NCBI GenBank assembly: GCA_030765585.1
Contig: JAVCCJ010000069.1
Location: 1 to 46,158 of the forward strand
DNA from: Candidatus Zapsychrus exili
Lineage (GTDB): Bacteria > Omnitrophota > Gorgyraeia > Zapsychrales > Zapsychraceae
Direction of reading: 5' to 3'
DNA: 46,158 bases
Translations under genes and position numbers: made by a program
The notes under the pieces: model-generated
The model's input: the letters and a program-made list of their open reading frames with translations, nothing else
Database searches by the model: none
Told to the model about the DNA's origin: nothing
Part shown: piece after piece, positions 9,787 through 20,167 of the stretch
Position numbering within the stretch: the stretch's first letter is position 1
Layout: every line of letters starts with the position of its first letter

Positions 9787-11129
9787 TACAGCCAGAAAGC
9801 CTTGTTGCCTTCTTTTCTAATAATTTTAAGAGCAGTATTTACTATTACTTTATCGTATTTCTTGTCTATTCCACTCTTGAGCTCTTCAATAGCTTTTTTA
9901 ATACCAAGCGCTGCGCGATACGGCCTATGATTTGTCATGGCCTCAAGTACATCGCTTACAGCTAAGATTTTTGCCTCAAGAAGGATTTTCTTGCTCTTTA
10001 ATTTTTTTGGATATCCTGAGCCATCTAATCGCTCATGATGCTGATGTATAATATCAGCTAAAGGAAATGGAAATTTTATATCTTTTATTAACTCATAACA
10101 TTTAGCAACGTGCTCTTGAATCAGACGAAATTCTAGTTTAGTAAGCTTCCCCGGTTTTATAAGAAGATCTAATGGTAAGCTTATCTTGCCTAAATCATGA
10201 AGCTCTGCAGAAAGTTTAAGACCAATCAATCTATTCTTATCAAAGCCTAGCTCACGTCCAATTCTTTCTGCGATTACAGCAACACTACAAGTATGCTGAA
10301 ATGTATAAGGGTCGCGCATTTCCAATGCTTTTCCTAAAACAGCTAAAGCATTCATTAGCATAGATACTCTGTCTTCTTCCAAATTAGCATGCTCTGTCAT
10401 ATCGCGCGTAATTCCCATCGTGCCAACAACCTTACCCAAACTATCATACATTGGAACTTTAGTCGTAATTACCTGATTCCAGGTACCATTAGGAAGAAGC
10501 GTTTTTTCTATTTTTCCGATAATAGGAGTGCCTGTCTTTAAAACATTCTGATCGTCTTCAACCATTTCTTGGGCTTGATCTTTAGGAAAGAAATCGTAAT
10601 CTGTTTTTCCAATTAATTCCTCAGGTTTAGTTTTAAAACCTTTTGCATAAAATTTATTTACTTTGGTAAGACGACACTTTTTATCTTTAAAATATATCGC
10701 ATCAGGCATCTGATCTAAGAAACTTTGCAAGAAATCCATTTCTTGAGATACAACATCTCTTTCTTTTCTTTCTTTAGATACGTCTTCTAGGAGACCTTCG
10801 ATATACTCTTCACCGTTGGTAGACTTTATAAGGCAAGCCGATATAGCAAGCCAAACTACCTTATTTTTCTTTCCCTTATATGTTGTTTGACAAAACTTAA
10901 CCTTGCCTTCGTTTTTAAGTATTTCTAAAAAACTTTCTAATTCTTTAGGATTGGAAAATAGTTGAGAGATTTTCTTTCTCTCTAAATCTTGCCTTTTAGA
11001 AAGTCCTAAAATTTTTACGAAGGCGCTATTAAAGTTTACAAACTTCTCCGTAGGAGAGATTAAGTATTTAAAAATACCTACTCCCAATTTATCTGCGACA
11101 GAACTACCTATAAAAAATTTTTCAACCAA
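9786..11129 (-). CDS. PAS/PAS/HD-GYP cyclic-dinucleotide phosphodiesterase
   Basis: PAS motifs (PDAIYFKD, ELIGKTDYDFFP, GITRDMT) and RDPYT..H, LHDLGK, HHERLDGSGYP, RPYR. Confidence 0.9.
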   Translation of the reverse strand: MVEKFFIGSSVADKLGVGIFKYLISPTEKFVNFNSAFVKILGLSKRQDLERKKISQLFSNPKELESFLEILKNEGKVKFCQTTYKGKKNKVVWLAISACLIKSTNGEEYIEGLLEDVSKERKERDVVSQEMDFLQSFLDQMPDAIYFKDKKCRLTKVNKFYAKGFKTKPEELIGKTDYDFFPKDQAQEMVEDDQNVLKTGTPIIGKIEKTLLPNGTWNQVITTKVPMYDSLGKVVGTMGITRDMTEHANLEEDRVSMLMNALAVLGKALEMRDPYTFQHTCSVAVIAERIGRELGFDKNRLIGLKLSAELHDLGKISLPLDLLIKPGKLTKLEFRLIQEHVAKCYELIKDIKFPFPLADIIHQHHERLDGSGYPKKLKSKKILLEAKILAVSDVLEAMTNHRPYRAALGIKKAIEELKSGIDKKYDKVIVNTALKIIRKEGNKAFWL

Positions 11130-11149
11130 GGACTATTTCCTTATTAAAA

Positions 11150-11186
11150 CAAAGAAGTAGAAAAAACTTTTCTTTCTACTTCTTTG
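11150..11186 (-). terminator. Rho-independent terminator after nrdJ
   Basis: 14-bp stem CAAAGAAGTAGAAA/TTTCTACTTCTTTG followed by a T-run on the minus strand. Confidence 0.7.
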
Positions 11187-11208
11187 CTTACTACTTATAT
11201 ATTAAATA

Positions 11209-13518
11209 CTAGCACTTAGAATATCCACAACCATAACACTTCAAGCATCCTTCTTCATGATGCAATGGATTACCACAATCAGGACAAACGCCTACCATAT
11301 TCCCTCGAGAACGGCTCTTTTTAGTCGCAGTTGCAGAATGTTCTTTTGTTTGCATAACTAAAACTTTTTGTTCTTGATCTAAAGTATCTTCTGGAGGATT
11401 TTTCTTCATTCTTTTTTCAATTACCTGAGATATAGCATCAGCACAAGACAAAATTCTGACCCCCTTATTCCATGAAGGAACAGGACATCTTATACCGCGA
11501 AGTTGTTCGTGTATTACTTTAGTGTCGATACCTGATCGCATAGCCAAAGAAACTAATCTTCCTATAGCTTCTAACTGACTTGCAGCACAACCACCTGCTT
11601 TTCCCATCTGAGTAAATGCCTCAAAAGGATTTGACTCTTCGTCATAATTTATAGTTACATATAAATTACCACAACCAGTAGAAGCCTTTGTAGTGTGCCC
11701 AATAATTACTTCAGGACGAGGTTTAGGCTCAATAAGCTCTGATATCTTTTTAGCCTCTATTGCAGCATCCTCTGCTACAGCTGCTGCTTCTTTTTTAGAA
11801 ACATTTAATACCTGCTCATCTCTACTTCCATCCCTGTAAACAGTTATACCTTTACATTTCAATTTAAATGCAAGTTGATAAGCTTCTCTTACGTCTTTTT
11901 TAGTTGCTTCGTTTGAGAAATTAATTGTTTTTGATACTGCGTTATCAGTAAACTCTTGAAAAGCTGCTTGCATTTTTATATGCCATTCAGGAGAAATATC
12001 ATGAGATGTTACAAAAATGTCTTTTACATCCTGAGGTATCTCTTCAATCCCATGGATAGAACCTTCTTCAGCAATTTTTTCCATCAATTCTTTACTGTAG
12101 AAACCTCTTTCTTTTGCTATTTGCTCGAATACTGAATCTGTTTCAACTAATTTTGTATTATCCATTACATTTCTGTAATAACAAATCGCAAATATAGGTT
12201 CAATGCCCGACGAGCAAGGACCACCAATTATACTGATTGTACCTGTTGGTGCAATTGTAGTAAGAGTTGCATTTCTAAAACGTTTATTACTTTGACCTTT
12301 TGCAAAAACGCTTGTTTCGAAACAAGGAAAAACACCTTTAGTTTTTCCTAATTCAAGAGATTTAATTCTTGCCTCAGTCAGTATAAACGACATTACTTGA
12401 CGAGCTAAATCAATACCTTCTTGTGAATTATATTTAATACCTAATCTAATCAAAAGAGATGCCCATCCCATAACTCCTAAACCAATTTTACGAGTCTCTT
12501 TAGTTTGATCTTCTATTCTTTTGATAGGATGTCTATTCGCATCAATAACATTATCTAAAAAGTGTGCTGCAGATCTTACAACTTTTTTTAATTTATCCCA
12601 ATCTACTTCACGACCTGCTTCTGTAACTTTTATCATATTAAGCAGGTTGATTGATCCTAAGTTACAACTTTCATAAGGGAGCAATACTTGCTCTCCGCAA
12701 GGATTTGTTGCTTCATAATCTCCTAAAGCAGGTGTTGGATTTTCTGCATTCATAGAATCAAGAAAAATAAGACCTGGCTCTCCATTTTTATGAGCACTTT
12801 CAACAATTAAATCAAAAACATACTGACTATTTATTTTTTTAACAACCTCTTTTGATTTTGGAGAAATTAATTCATAGTCTTCTCCGCTTTCTAAAGCTTT
12901 TAAGAATTTATCAGTAATAGCGACGGAGATATTAAAGTTACTTATCTCTTTATCTTTTTGTTTGCAAGTGATGAACTCTAAAATATCAGGATGATCAACA
13001 CGTAAGATTGCCATATTAGCTCCTCTACGAGTCCCACCTTGCTTTACAGCCTGAGTTGCACCATCAAAAACTTTCATAAACGAAATAGGACCTGAGGCAA
13101 CGCCGCCAGTCTTTTTAACAAAACTATTTTTTTCGCGAAGACGAGAAAAAGAAAAACCAGTACCCCCACCAGTTTTATGAATAATAGCTGTAGTCTTAAG
13201 TGTTTCAAAAATTGATTCCATAGAGTCTTCAATAGGAAGAACAAAGCAGGCGCTCAATTGCCCTAAAGGTCTTCCTGCGTTCATTAGCGTCGGAGAGTTT
13301 GGCAAGAATTCTAAATTTACCATCATATCGTAGAATTCTTTTTCTTTTGCTTCTCTCTCTTTTTGAGATGCGCCATAATCTTTATCCACATCCGCTATAG
13401 TCTTAGCAACCCTAGTAAACATTTCTTCTGGGGTTTCAATAACTTTACCATTTTCATCTTTTTTAAGATATCTTCTTTCTAATACTGTAAGGGCGTTCTC
13501 TGAAATTTTGCGTGACAC
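11209..13518 (-). CDS. nrdJ: Class II (B12-dependent) ribonucleotide reductase with C-terminal TSCPD/Zn-ribbon region
   Basis: PNSPTLMNAG, LSACFV, GGTRRGANM, TNPCGEQ, SCNLGS, TIAPTGT, VYRDGSR, CPDCG...CYGCGYSKC; AGGAGG RBS and GTG start. Confidence 0.93.
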   Translation of the reverse strand: MSRKISENALTVLERRYLKKDENGKVIETPEEMFTRVAKTIADVDKDYGASQKEREAKEKEFYDMMVNLEFLPNSPTLMNAGRPLGQLSACFVLPIEDSMESIFETLKTTAIIHKTGGGTGFSFSRLREKNSFVKKTGGVASGPISFMKVFDGATQAVKQGGTRRGANMAILRVDHPDILEFITCKQKDKEISNFNISVAITDKFLKALESGEDYELISPKSKEVVKKINSQYVFDLIVESAHKNGEPGLIFLDSMNAENPTPALGDYEATNPCGEQVLLPYESCNLGSINLLNMIKVTEAGREVDWDKLKKVVRSAAHFLDNVIDANRHPIKRIEDQTKETRKIGLGVMGWASLLIRLGIKYNSQEGIDLARQVMSFILTEARIKSLELGKTKGVFPCFETSVFAKGQSNKRFRNATLTTIAPTGTISIIGGPCSSGIEPIFAICYYRNVMDNTKLVETDSVFEQIAKERGFYSKELMEKIAEEGSIHGIEEIPQDVKDIFVTSHDISPEWHIKMQAAFQEFTDNAVSKTINFSNEATKKDVREAYQLAFKLKCKGITVYRDGSRDEQVLNVSKKEAAAVAEDAAIEAKKISELIEPKPRPEVIIGHTTKASTGCGNLYVTINYDEESNPFEAFTQMGKAGGCAASQLEAIGRLVSLAMRSGIDTKVIHEQLRGIRCPVPSWNKGVRILSCADAISQVIEKRMKKNPPEDTLDQEQKVLVMQTKEHSATATKKSRSRGNMVGVCPDCGNPLHHEEGCLKCYGCGYSKC

Positions 13519-13559
13519 AGCTACCTCCTGGGGTTGTATAAAATTAGCGGTTGTAAACG

Positions 13560-13575
13560 ATACTACTTCTTGTGG
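13560..13575. promoter_or_regulatory. Possible NrdR box upstream of nrdJ
   Basis: ATACTACTTCTTGTGG resembles the consensus acaCwAtATaTwGtgt, about 45 nt upstream of the start. Confidence 0.45.
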
Positions 13576-13775
13576 TTTTAAAAATTAATAACCACGGGAA
13601 ATCTGCTTGCCGGCGAAGCAAACATTTTTTCTTGAAAAATATTTCAATACTATAAGCTTCTAAAAAAGATTTTAAAACTTTAAAACTTGCTTGGATTTTT
13701 TGTAAAGACCTTCAAACGATATTATTCTAATATAAATTCTAATAATAGCAAATGAAATTTATTAATATTATACCA

Positions 13776-14999
13776 CTATAACTTGTGCTTCCTTTTCCAC
13801 AAGAATACCTTATCTTGTGGTTTTGCAAAAAAAGGCAATTTTATGCCGACAAAGTCTCCTTTTTTAGCCTTTTTTACAGATTTATCATCAATTCTCATCT
13901 CTGCCACCTTGTGTTTTTCTGATGGAGTAGATTTGCCTAAAAATAAGATATCATCGCCAACTTTTATTTCTTTTGTTCTTACTCTTACCTCAGCGACACT
14001 TATCTTTTTGAAGAACCTAGTAACATCTCCTACATATATTTTTTCATATGAATGCTCGAGCCTATTGCTATTACTTTCTTCTGGTTTACCAAAATAAAAT
14101 CCAGTAGAAAAACCTCGATTATAAACCTGGCTTACTCGTTCTTTTAATTTTTTCTTTAATTGCTTTGTAAGTTTACCCTTTAAGTGGCAATCGATAGCTT
14201 TTCGATAGCAAGATGTAACTTCTTTTATATATTCGGGCGAGCGCATCCTTCCTTCTATTTTAAAAGAATGAATACCTGCATCCATAAGTTCATCAATAAA
14301 ATCAATGGTACACAAATCTTTAGGACTTAGAACATAATCTTTTCCAATAACAAAACTAGATTCATCGTCGAGGTCTTTGATAAGAAATTCTCTACGACAT
14401 GGCTGAATGCACTTGCCTTGATTAGCTGACTTTCCGTGAGAATAGTAAGACATAAAGCATCTCCCCGATATGCTTACGCACATAGCACCATGTATAAATG
14501 ACTCAACCTCACAATCTATTTTCTCTTCTTTTATAACCTTTATAATTTTCCTTATATCTACTAAATGACATTCGCGCGCCAAAACAATTCTTTTAGCTCC
14601 TAAGCTAGCATAGGTCTTTAGGGCATCGACATTTGATACATTAGCCTGTGTTGATATGTGAATGTTTAGGCCTAACTCTCTTGCCTTTAAAAGAACTGCC
14701 ATGTCCCATAAAACAACAGCGTCAACAGAAGACTTTTTGGCTTCTTTTAATATTTTGCTTACTTTTGCCAGCTCTTTGTTCGATATAGTTGTGTTAAGAG
14801 TGAGGTATCCTCGCCTTTTATTTTTATGCAAAAGATCCATAACTTTACTTATTTCTAATATATCAAAATTGCTTGCCATATGACGCATATTTATGCCTTT
14901 AACGCCAAAATAAACACTATCAGCACCACCTTCAATAGCAGATAAAAGAGAAGGCCAGTCTCCTGCTGGAGATAACAACTCTGGTTTATGTTTCTTCAT
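13776..14999 (-). CDS. U32 family peptidase-like protein (TrhP/RlhA-type RNA hydroxylation)
   Basis: PELLSPAG, GADSVYFG, HISTQ, FIHGAMCVSISGRC, CIQPCR, LSPKDL, KIEGRMR. Confidence 0.9.
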   Translation of the reverse strand: MKKHKPELLSPAGDWPSLLSAIEGGADSVYFGVKGINMRHMASNFDILEISKVMDLLHKNKRRGYLTLNTTISNKELAKVSKILKEAKKSSVDAVVLWDMAVLLKARELGLNIHISTQANVSNVDALKTYASLGAKRIVLARECHLVDIRKIIKVIKEEKIDCEVESFIHGAMCVSISGRCFMSYYSHGKSANQGKCIQPCRREFLIKDLDDESSFVIGKDYVLSPKDLCTIDFIDELMDAGIHSFKIEGRMRSPEYIKEVTSCYRKAIDCHLKGKLTKQLKKKLKERVSQVYNRGFSTGFYFGKPEESNSNRLEHSYEKIYVGDVTRFFKKISVAEVRVRTKEIKVGDDILFLGKSTPSEKHKVAEMRIDDKSVKKAKKGDFVGIKLPFFAKPQDKVFLWKRKHKL

Positions 15000-15010
15000 A
15001 TTTAATAACC

Positions 15011-15382
15011 CTATACTGGATTAGAACCCAAACATTCTTTAATTTTTGCAACCAAATCAACGAGATTAACAGGCTTAACAAAATACGCCTTTACTCCTTC
15101 TAATTTAAAAACATCTTCCATTGTTTCATTTGCTGTCAGCATAATAATTGGCGTTGTTTCAACGCCTTCTATGCGCTTTAACTCTCCTACAAATTCATAA
15201 CCATTCATATTTAGCATTTGAACATCTAGAACAATTAAGTCGGGTTTGTACTCTTTTACTTGTTTTAAACCCTCTTCTCCATCAGAAGCCACAACTGTAT
15301 CGTACCCTTTACTTACAAGACCAAACTTAACTAATGTTATTCCGATTTCATCATCGTCTATAATCAATATTTTATGTGCCAT
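15011..15382 (-). CDS. Single-domain response regulator (CheY-like receiver)
   Basis: ILIIDDD, PDLIVLDVQM, IIMLTA, YFVKP. Confidence 0.9.
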   Translation of the reverse strand: MAHKILIIDDDEIGITLVKFGLVSKGYDTVVASDGEEGLKQVKEYKPDLIVLDVQMLNMNGYEFVGELKRIEGVETTPIIMLTANETMEDVFKLEGVKAYFVKPVNLVDLVAKIKECLGSNPV

Positions 15383-15467
15383 GTTTTGTTCCTTTTTAAA
15401 ATTAGGTTGATTTAAGTTATAAGTTAGTTACAATAAAATATACGCAATAATTTAAACAGAGGAAATT

Positions 15468-15815
15468 ATGAGTAACAGTAACTTTTTATCAAGAATTCGC
15501 CGATTAGACAACATGATAGCAAGATGGGTTATGCGTCATTTCTACTTTATATTTTTTCAAGTTATCCTAGTTATAATATTCGTTTTCTGGCTATCTAATA
15601 CAGTACAAATCATTGATATCAATTTCCAAATATCAAAAAATAATCTACTAGAAAAAATACTTCTTACTCAATCTATTAATACATCTATAATTGTAATACT
15701 TTTACTTCTCAATTCTTTCTGGATGCTTTATATTTTAGGAGGAATACAACGCCTAAGAAACTTACTAAGAGATATAAGCTACAACATAGGCAAACTTCGC
15801 AATAAAAACTTCTAA
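15468..15815 (+). CDS. Hypothetical two-TM membrane protein; the only supported plus-strand gene
   Basis: GAGG RBS, two hydrophobic segments, fills the gap between the receiver gene and ftsA. Confidence 0.7.
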   Translation: MSNSNFLSRIRRLDNMIARWVMRHFYFIFFQVILVIIFVFWLSNTVQIIDINFQISKNNLLEKILLTQSINTSIIVILLLLNSFWMLYILGGIQRLRNLLRDISYNIGKLRNKNF

Positions 15816-15826
15816 ACCGTATTTCC

Positions 15827-17071
15827 TTAAAAATACTCGTGATACAACTCTTTAAACTTTTCTATAACCTTCCTCTTAAAATCTAAATTGTAATCATCTA
15901 AGGCAGAATCATATCCATAATTTCTCTTAAACCCTATATATGCAAGACCAACTGCCTGCGCAAAAAAGGAAGAATTGACGTGTTGTTTTCCTTTTGAAAT
16001 ATTAATTTTACCTAATTTAGTTGGCAAATTAACTTCTTTCCCTATTCTTTCAACTAGACCTGGCAATAGAGAGCCACCTCCCACCATAACTATCTCACTA
16101 TTTATTTGATCAAACAGTCCGGAATTCTTTATAGAATCTTGAATCGTTTCAATTAAACATTGAGATTCTGGCTCAATAGCTTGATATATTTCTTTTTTCT
16201 TAATAGGCACATAAGAATTTTCTCTTTTTATGAGTATCTCCTCATCTCTTCGCTGATCAGAGTCTGTAACAACTGCATGTGCTTTCTTTATGGATTCAGA
16301 TAAATCAAAAGGTAAATTTATTTTCCTAGATATGCCTTCGGTAAAATTGTTTCCACCGAAAGAAATTTTATTTACATATCTAATAATACCTTCCTTAAAT
16401 ACTAGAATGCTTGTTACTGTTGATCCTATATCAACTAAAACACACCCAGCTAATTTTTGCTCTTCATCAAGCGCTACATCAGAAGCTACATAACTAGAAT
16501 ACATAAGATTTACAACATCATATCCCGCGTGATGAACCGATCTTGTAATATTGCGAACTCTGTTTGCACTTGATAATATCATTAAAGAAGATGCAGAAAG
16601 TTTTCTGCCATAAAGTCCAATTGGATTAAGAGCAAGATTGTCGTCATCAATTTTATATGCCTGAGGAAGATCGTGTAAAATTTCTTCTTCCATTTTTGTA
16701 CCCAACAATTTATTTTGATCTGAAACTCTTTTAATATCTCTAGATGTAATTATCTTACTCCCCTTATCAATTAAAGGTATTGCTGTCGTAGCTTGCCTTA
16801 CGTCAATAAGATCGCCATTAACTCCAAGCTGTATTTCTTTTAATTTAACTTTTATTTTTTTAGATAATGAGGAAAGTATGGAATGCACACACTCAGAAAG
16901 CTCTCCTAAGTCTTGAACTGAGGCGTTCTTAAAGCCATGAGTATCGCTTTCTTGAACATCTATAATTTCAATGTCTCGAGGATTATTTACTCTCAATACT
17001 GCTGCTTTAATCTTTTTGGACCCAAGGTCAAGCCCACAAAATATTTTCTCTCTTAAGATTTTCTTTATCAT
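15827..17071 (-). CDS. ftsA: Cell division protein FtsA
   Basis: GLDLGSKKI, VDIGSTVT, GGGSLLPG; position after ftsQ. Confidence 0.92.
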   Translation of the reverse strand: MIKKILREKIFCGLDLGSKKIKAAVLRVNNPRDIEIIDVQESDTHGFKNASVQDLGELSECVHSILSSLSKKIKVKLKEIQLGVNGDLIDVRQATTAIPLIDKGSKIITSRDIKRVSDQNKLLGTKMEEEILHDLPQAYKIDDDNLALNPIGLYGRKLSASSLMILSSANRVRNITRSVHHAGYDVVNLMYSSYVASDVALDEEQKLAGCVLVDIGSTVTSILVFKEGIIRYVNKISFGGNNFTEGISRKINLPFDLSESIKKAHAVVTDSDQRRDEEILIKRENSYVPIKKKEIYQAIEPESQCLIETIQDSIKNSGLFDQINSEIVMVGGGSLLPGLVERIGKEVNLPTKLGKINISKGKQHVNSSFFAQAVGLAYIGFKRNYGYDSALDDYNLDFKRKVIEKFKELYHEYF

Positions 17072-17078
17072 AATATTT

Positions 17079-17846
17079 TTATTTCTTCCCCAAAATAGGG
17101 TCTTTAAACCTAAGGTCTATATATTTAACACGCTTTAAATCTATATGTTCTCTAGTAAGCATTATCTTAAGCAAGTTCATTTTTGATAAAATTTTATCTT
17201 GATCTAGAATAATCTTTAACTTGTTTGTAAAATAAAAACTTATCTCCGATAAATTCTCAAGATTAATCTTTGATATTTTATAAGAAGATAACTTTTTATT
17301 ATACGCAAAAAATTCTGCAATCCTTAACGCTATCTGAATTTGCTTATATTCAATCGTTTTCCCTACAGAAAAATCTCCTTTAAGATTTATGCCCACTGCT
17401 TCTGGCAACCTACTGCTTCTTCTATTGTTAATAGAAATAACAAAACCATTTTTATCTAAAGAAATGTACTCTTTATTTGTTTTTGTCTGAATTAAAGGTA
17501 ACCTTTCTTTAGCTTGTAACGATATTTGATTTGGAAAATGTTTTACAATGTTAAACTCTGCTACTTTAGGATATTTTCTTAAAAGCATTCTCTCTAATCT
17601 ATTTAAATCTACAGAAAAGATATCTTTTCCTATCGTTTTCCTTAAATCCCCCTTATTAATAAATCGAAGAGAAGGATCAATAACAATTGTTTTAACTTTA
17701 AAATGTTTTGAGTTTTTAGTAAAGTTCCTCACGCCCTTATAAGCAAAAAACACTACTCCTGCTACAAAGGATAAGAGTAAAACTCCGATAATCATAAATT
17801 TAATTACCGACGACGGTATTGCTAGTTTTCTTTTTCTTTTTAGCAT
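17079..17846 (-). CDS. ftsQ: Cell division protein FtsQ/DivIB
   Basis: N-terminal TM, POTRA-like region (FPNQI, ERLP), C-terminal YIDLRF. Confidence 0.88.
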   Translation of the reverse strand: MLKRKRKLAIPSSVIKFMIIGVLLLSFVAGVVFFAYKGVRNFTKNSKHFKVKTIVIDPSLRFINKGDLRKTIGKDIFSVDLNRLERMLLRKYPKVAEFNIVKHFPNQISLQAKERLPLIQTKTNKEYISLDKNGFVISINNRRSSRLPEAVGINLKGDFSVGKTIEYKQIQIALRIAEFFAYNKKLSSYKISKINLENLSEISFYFTNKLKIILDQDKILSKMNLLKIMLTREHIDLKRVKYIDLRFKDPILGKK

Positions 17847-18780
17847 AAGTAAATTCCATTAGTTTAATACATAATTGATTAAAGTTTAATCCAAATTCCT
17901 TTGCCGCCTTAGGCAAAAGACTTGTTGAAGTAAAACCTGGTATAGTATTTACCTCGAGCACATAACCTATATTATCTTTAGATAATATAAAGTCTACTCT
18001 TGAAAAATCACTACATCCAAGCGCTCTATGCGCTTTAAGTGCTTGTTCTTTAATCGTATCTGCAGTGTTCACTGAAATCTCTGCAGGCACAATATAATTT
18101 GTCATACCTTCCTTATATTTTGCAGCAAAATCAAAAAAATCTCTTTTTGTAGAGATTTCAACAATCGGAAGAGCGATATCTCCTAAAACTCCTACGGTTA
18201 TTTCTCTTCCCTCAATAAAATCTTCAACCAAAGCTCTATTTGAATACTCCCAGGCTAAATTCAACGCATCAGTTAATTGACTCTTTTCAGTTACTTTGCT
18301 TATTCCTATACTTGAGCCTTCAGACGAAGGTTTCACCATACAAGGGAAAACATTCCATTGCCTCAATATTTCTTCTTCCATCAGACAATCATCTTTAGAC
18401 AAGCTAATATATTTAGGAATAGGAATACCTTCTTTCTTAAATATATCTTGTGATAATTCTTTATCAAACGCTATACAAGACGCCTCTTTAGATGAACCAA
18501 CATAACAAATATCTAAATTATCAAGAATTCCCTGTATTTTACCATCTTCTCCAAGTTTTCCATGAAGAGCAATAAAACTTAAATCTATATTAGAATCTAA
18601 TATATTTTTTTCTATTTCACTATCAATGCTGCTTGTAATATCTAAGGCTAAGCAATCACATCCTTCTTCTTTTAATGCTTCATAAATTGCTTTTCCTGAC
18701 TTTAAAGATATGTCTCTCTCCGAAGAATATCCTCCCATAAGAACACCAATTTTTCCAAATTTATCAATATTATTACTCAT
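17800..18780 (-). CDS. ddl: D-alanine-D-alanine ligase
   Basis: GGYSSERDISLKSG, ALHGKLGEDG, EGSSIG, LEVNTIPG; likely start at ATG 18780. Confidence 0.95.
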   Translation of the reverse strand: MSNNIDKFGKIGVLMGGYSSERDISLKSGKAIYEALKEEGCDCLALDITSSIDSEIEKNILDSNIDLSFIALHGKLGEDGKIQGILDNLDICYVGSSKEASCIAFDKELSQDIFKKEGIPIPKYISLSKDDCLMEEEILRQWNVFPCMVKPSSEGSSIGISKVTEKSQLTDALNLAWEYSNRALVEDFIEGREITVGVLGDIALPIVEISTKRDFFDFAAKYKEGMTNYIVPAEISVNTADTIKEQALKAHRALGCSDFSRVDFILSKDNIGYVLEVNTIPGFTSTSLLPKAAKEFGLNFNQLCIKLMEFTYAKKKKKTSNTVVGN

Positions 18781-18787
18781 TGTCTGC

Positions 18788-20167
18788 CTAACTAGAAACA
18801 ACTTCCTGTTTAATTAAAAATTTCTTTCTATTCACAAATTCTTTTGAAATATTTGTTATGTCTCCTGCACCAAGTGTCATAACGATATCACCTTCTTCTG
18901 CAATATCAATCAAACGCTCTATAATATCATCTTTTTTTAAGTAAGTAGCATTTGGATTATTTTCTTTGATTGCATCAACTAACTTTTCAGATGTAATCCC
19001 ATCAATTGAACTCTCACTCGCCGCATATATATCTGTAACAATTAATTGATCACAATCATAAAAGCTTGTCTTAAATTCATCAAATAAAAATTTTGTCCTA
19101 GAATATCTATGAGGCTGAAAAACAACAATTAACTTATTTTGTTTTAAATTATTTGCTGTTTTTAACGTTTCTTTTATTTCTGTTGGATGATGACCATAAT
19201 CATCGACAATTTTAATGCCACCTATATCTGCTATAAGTTCAAAACGCCTTGAAACTCCAGAGAAGCTATTAAAACTAGAGCTTATTGTGTCAAAATCTAT
19301 TTCCAAACTTAAACCTAAAGAAATACAAGCCAAAGCATTAAGTATGTTATGCCTGCCGGGAGTTCTTAAAACAACTCTTCCTAAATCTTCAGCTTCATAC
19401 ACACAATTAAAGCTGGAAGAGAAATTATCAAATTCTATATTGTTTGCATAAACATCACAATCGTTACAAAATCCATATGTCTTATATGTGCGTCCACTTG
19501 CTTTAAGAAGAGTCATCAAATTTTTATCTTCGCCAAACGCAATAATAAGCCCATCATCTTTTGTTTTATCAATAAAATTCCTATAGGCATCTAATACGCT
19601 ATTAAAATCTTTATAATAATCTACATGTTCAAAATCAACATTTGTAATAATTGAAAAGTCTGGAATAAATTTAAGGAACGATCCATCGCTTTCATCTACC
19701 TCTGATACAAAATATTTTCCTTCACCAAGTCTTGCATTAGATGATATTTGATTGATTATACCTCCGACTGCAATTGTCGGTTTTAAATCAGCTTCAATAA
19801 GCAAGTTTGATATCATCGACGATGTTGTTGTCTTGCCGTGTGCACCAGCAACAGTAATTGCAATATGATCTTTCATCAAATCAGCTAATAACTCTGCTCT
19901 TTGTTTGATATCAATACCTCTTTGTTTTGCTTCTAGTAACTCAACATTATCGTCTCTAATAGCAGAAGAAAAAATAACCGAATCAGCCCCTTCAATGTTT
20001 TTTGCATCATGTCCAATAAAAATAGCTGCGCCTTTAGATTTTAACTTATCTATCATGCTATTCTCTCTGACATCAGAACCACTTACAGCGTAGCCCTTGT
20101 CAATAAGAAGCACTGCAAGCGCCCCCATACCTATTCCACCAATACCAATAAAATGACAATGTTTCAT
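18788..20167 (-). CDS. murC: UDP-N-acetylmuramate-L-alanine ligase
   Basis: HFIGIGGIGM, GAHGKTTTS, EVDESDGSF, DDYGHHPTE, FQPHRYSRT; start overlaps the upstream stop (ATGA). Confidence 0.96.
   Translation of the reverse strand: MKHCHFIGIGGIGMGALAVLLIDKGYAVSGSDVRENSMIDKLKSKGAAIFIGHDAKNIEGADSVIFSSAIRDDNVELLEAKQRGIDIKQRAELLADLMKDHIAITVAGAHGKTTTSSMISNLLIEADLKPTIAVGGIINQISSNARLGEGKYFVSEVDESDGSFLKFIPDFSIITNVDFEHVDYYKDFNSVLDAYRNFIDKTKDDGLIIAFGEDKNLMTLLKASGRTYKTYGFCNDCDVYANNIEFDNFSSSFNCVYEAEDLGRVVLRTPGRHNILNALACISLGLSLEIDFDTISSSFNSFSGVSRRFELIADIGGIKIVDDYGHHPTEIKETLKTANNLKQNKLIVVFQPHRYSRTKFLFDEFKTSFYDCDQLIVTDIYAASESSIDGITSEKLVDAIKENNPNATYLKKDDIIERLIDIAEEGDIVMTLGAGDITNISKEFVNRKKFLIKQEVVSS

Noticed and set aside
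13519..13775. Cobalamin riboswitch upstream of nrdJ
   Set aside because: No B12-box or other conserved core; only a small TGCTT/AAGCA hairpin.
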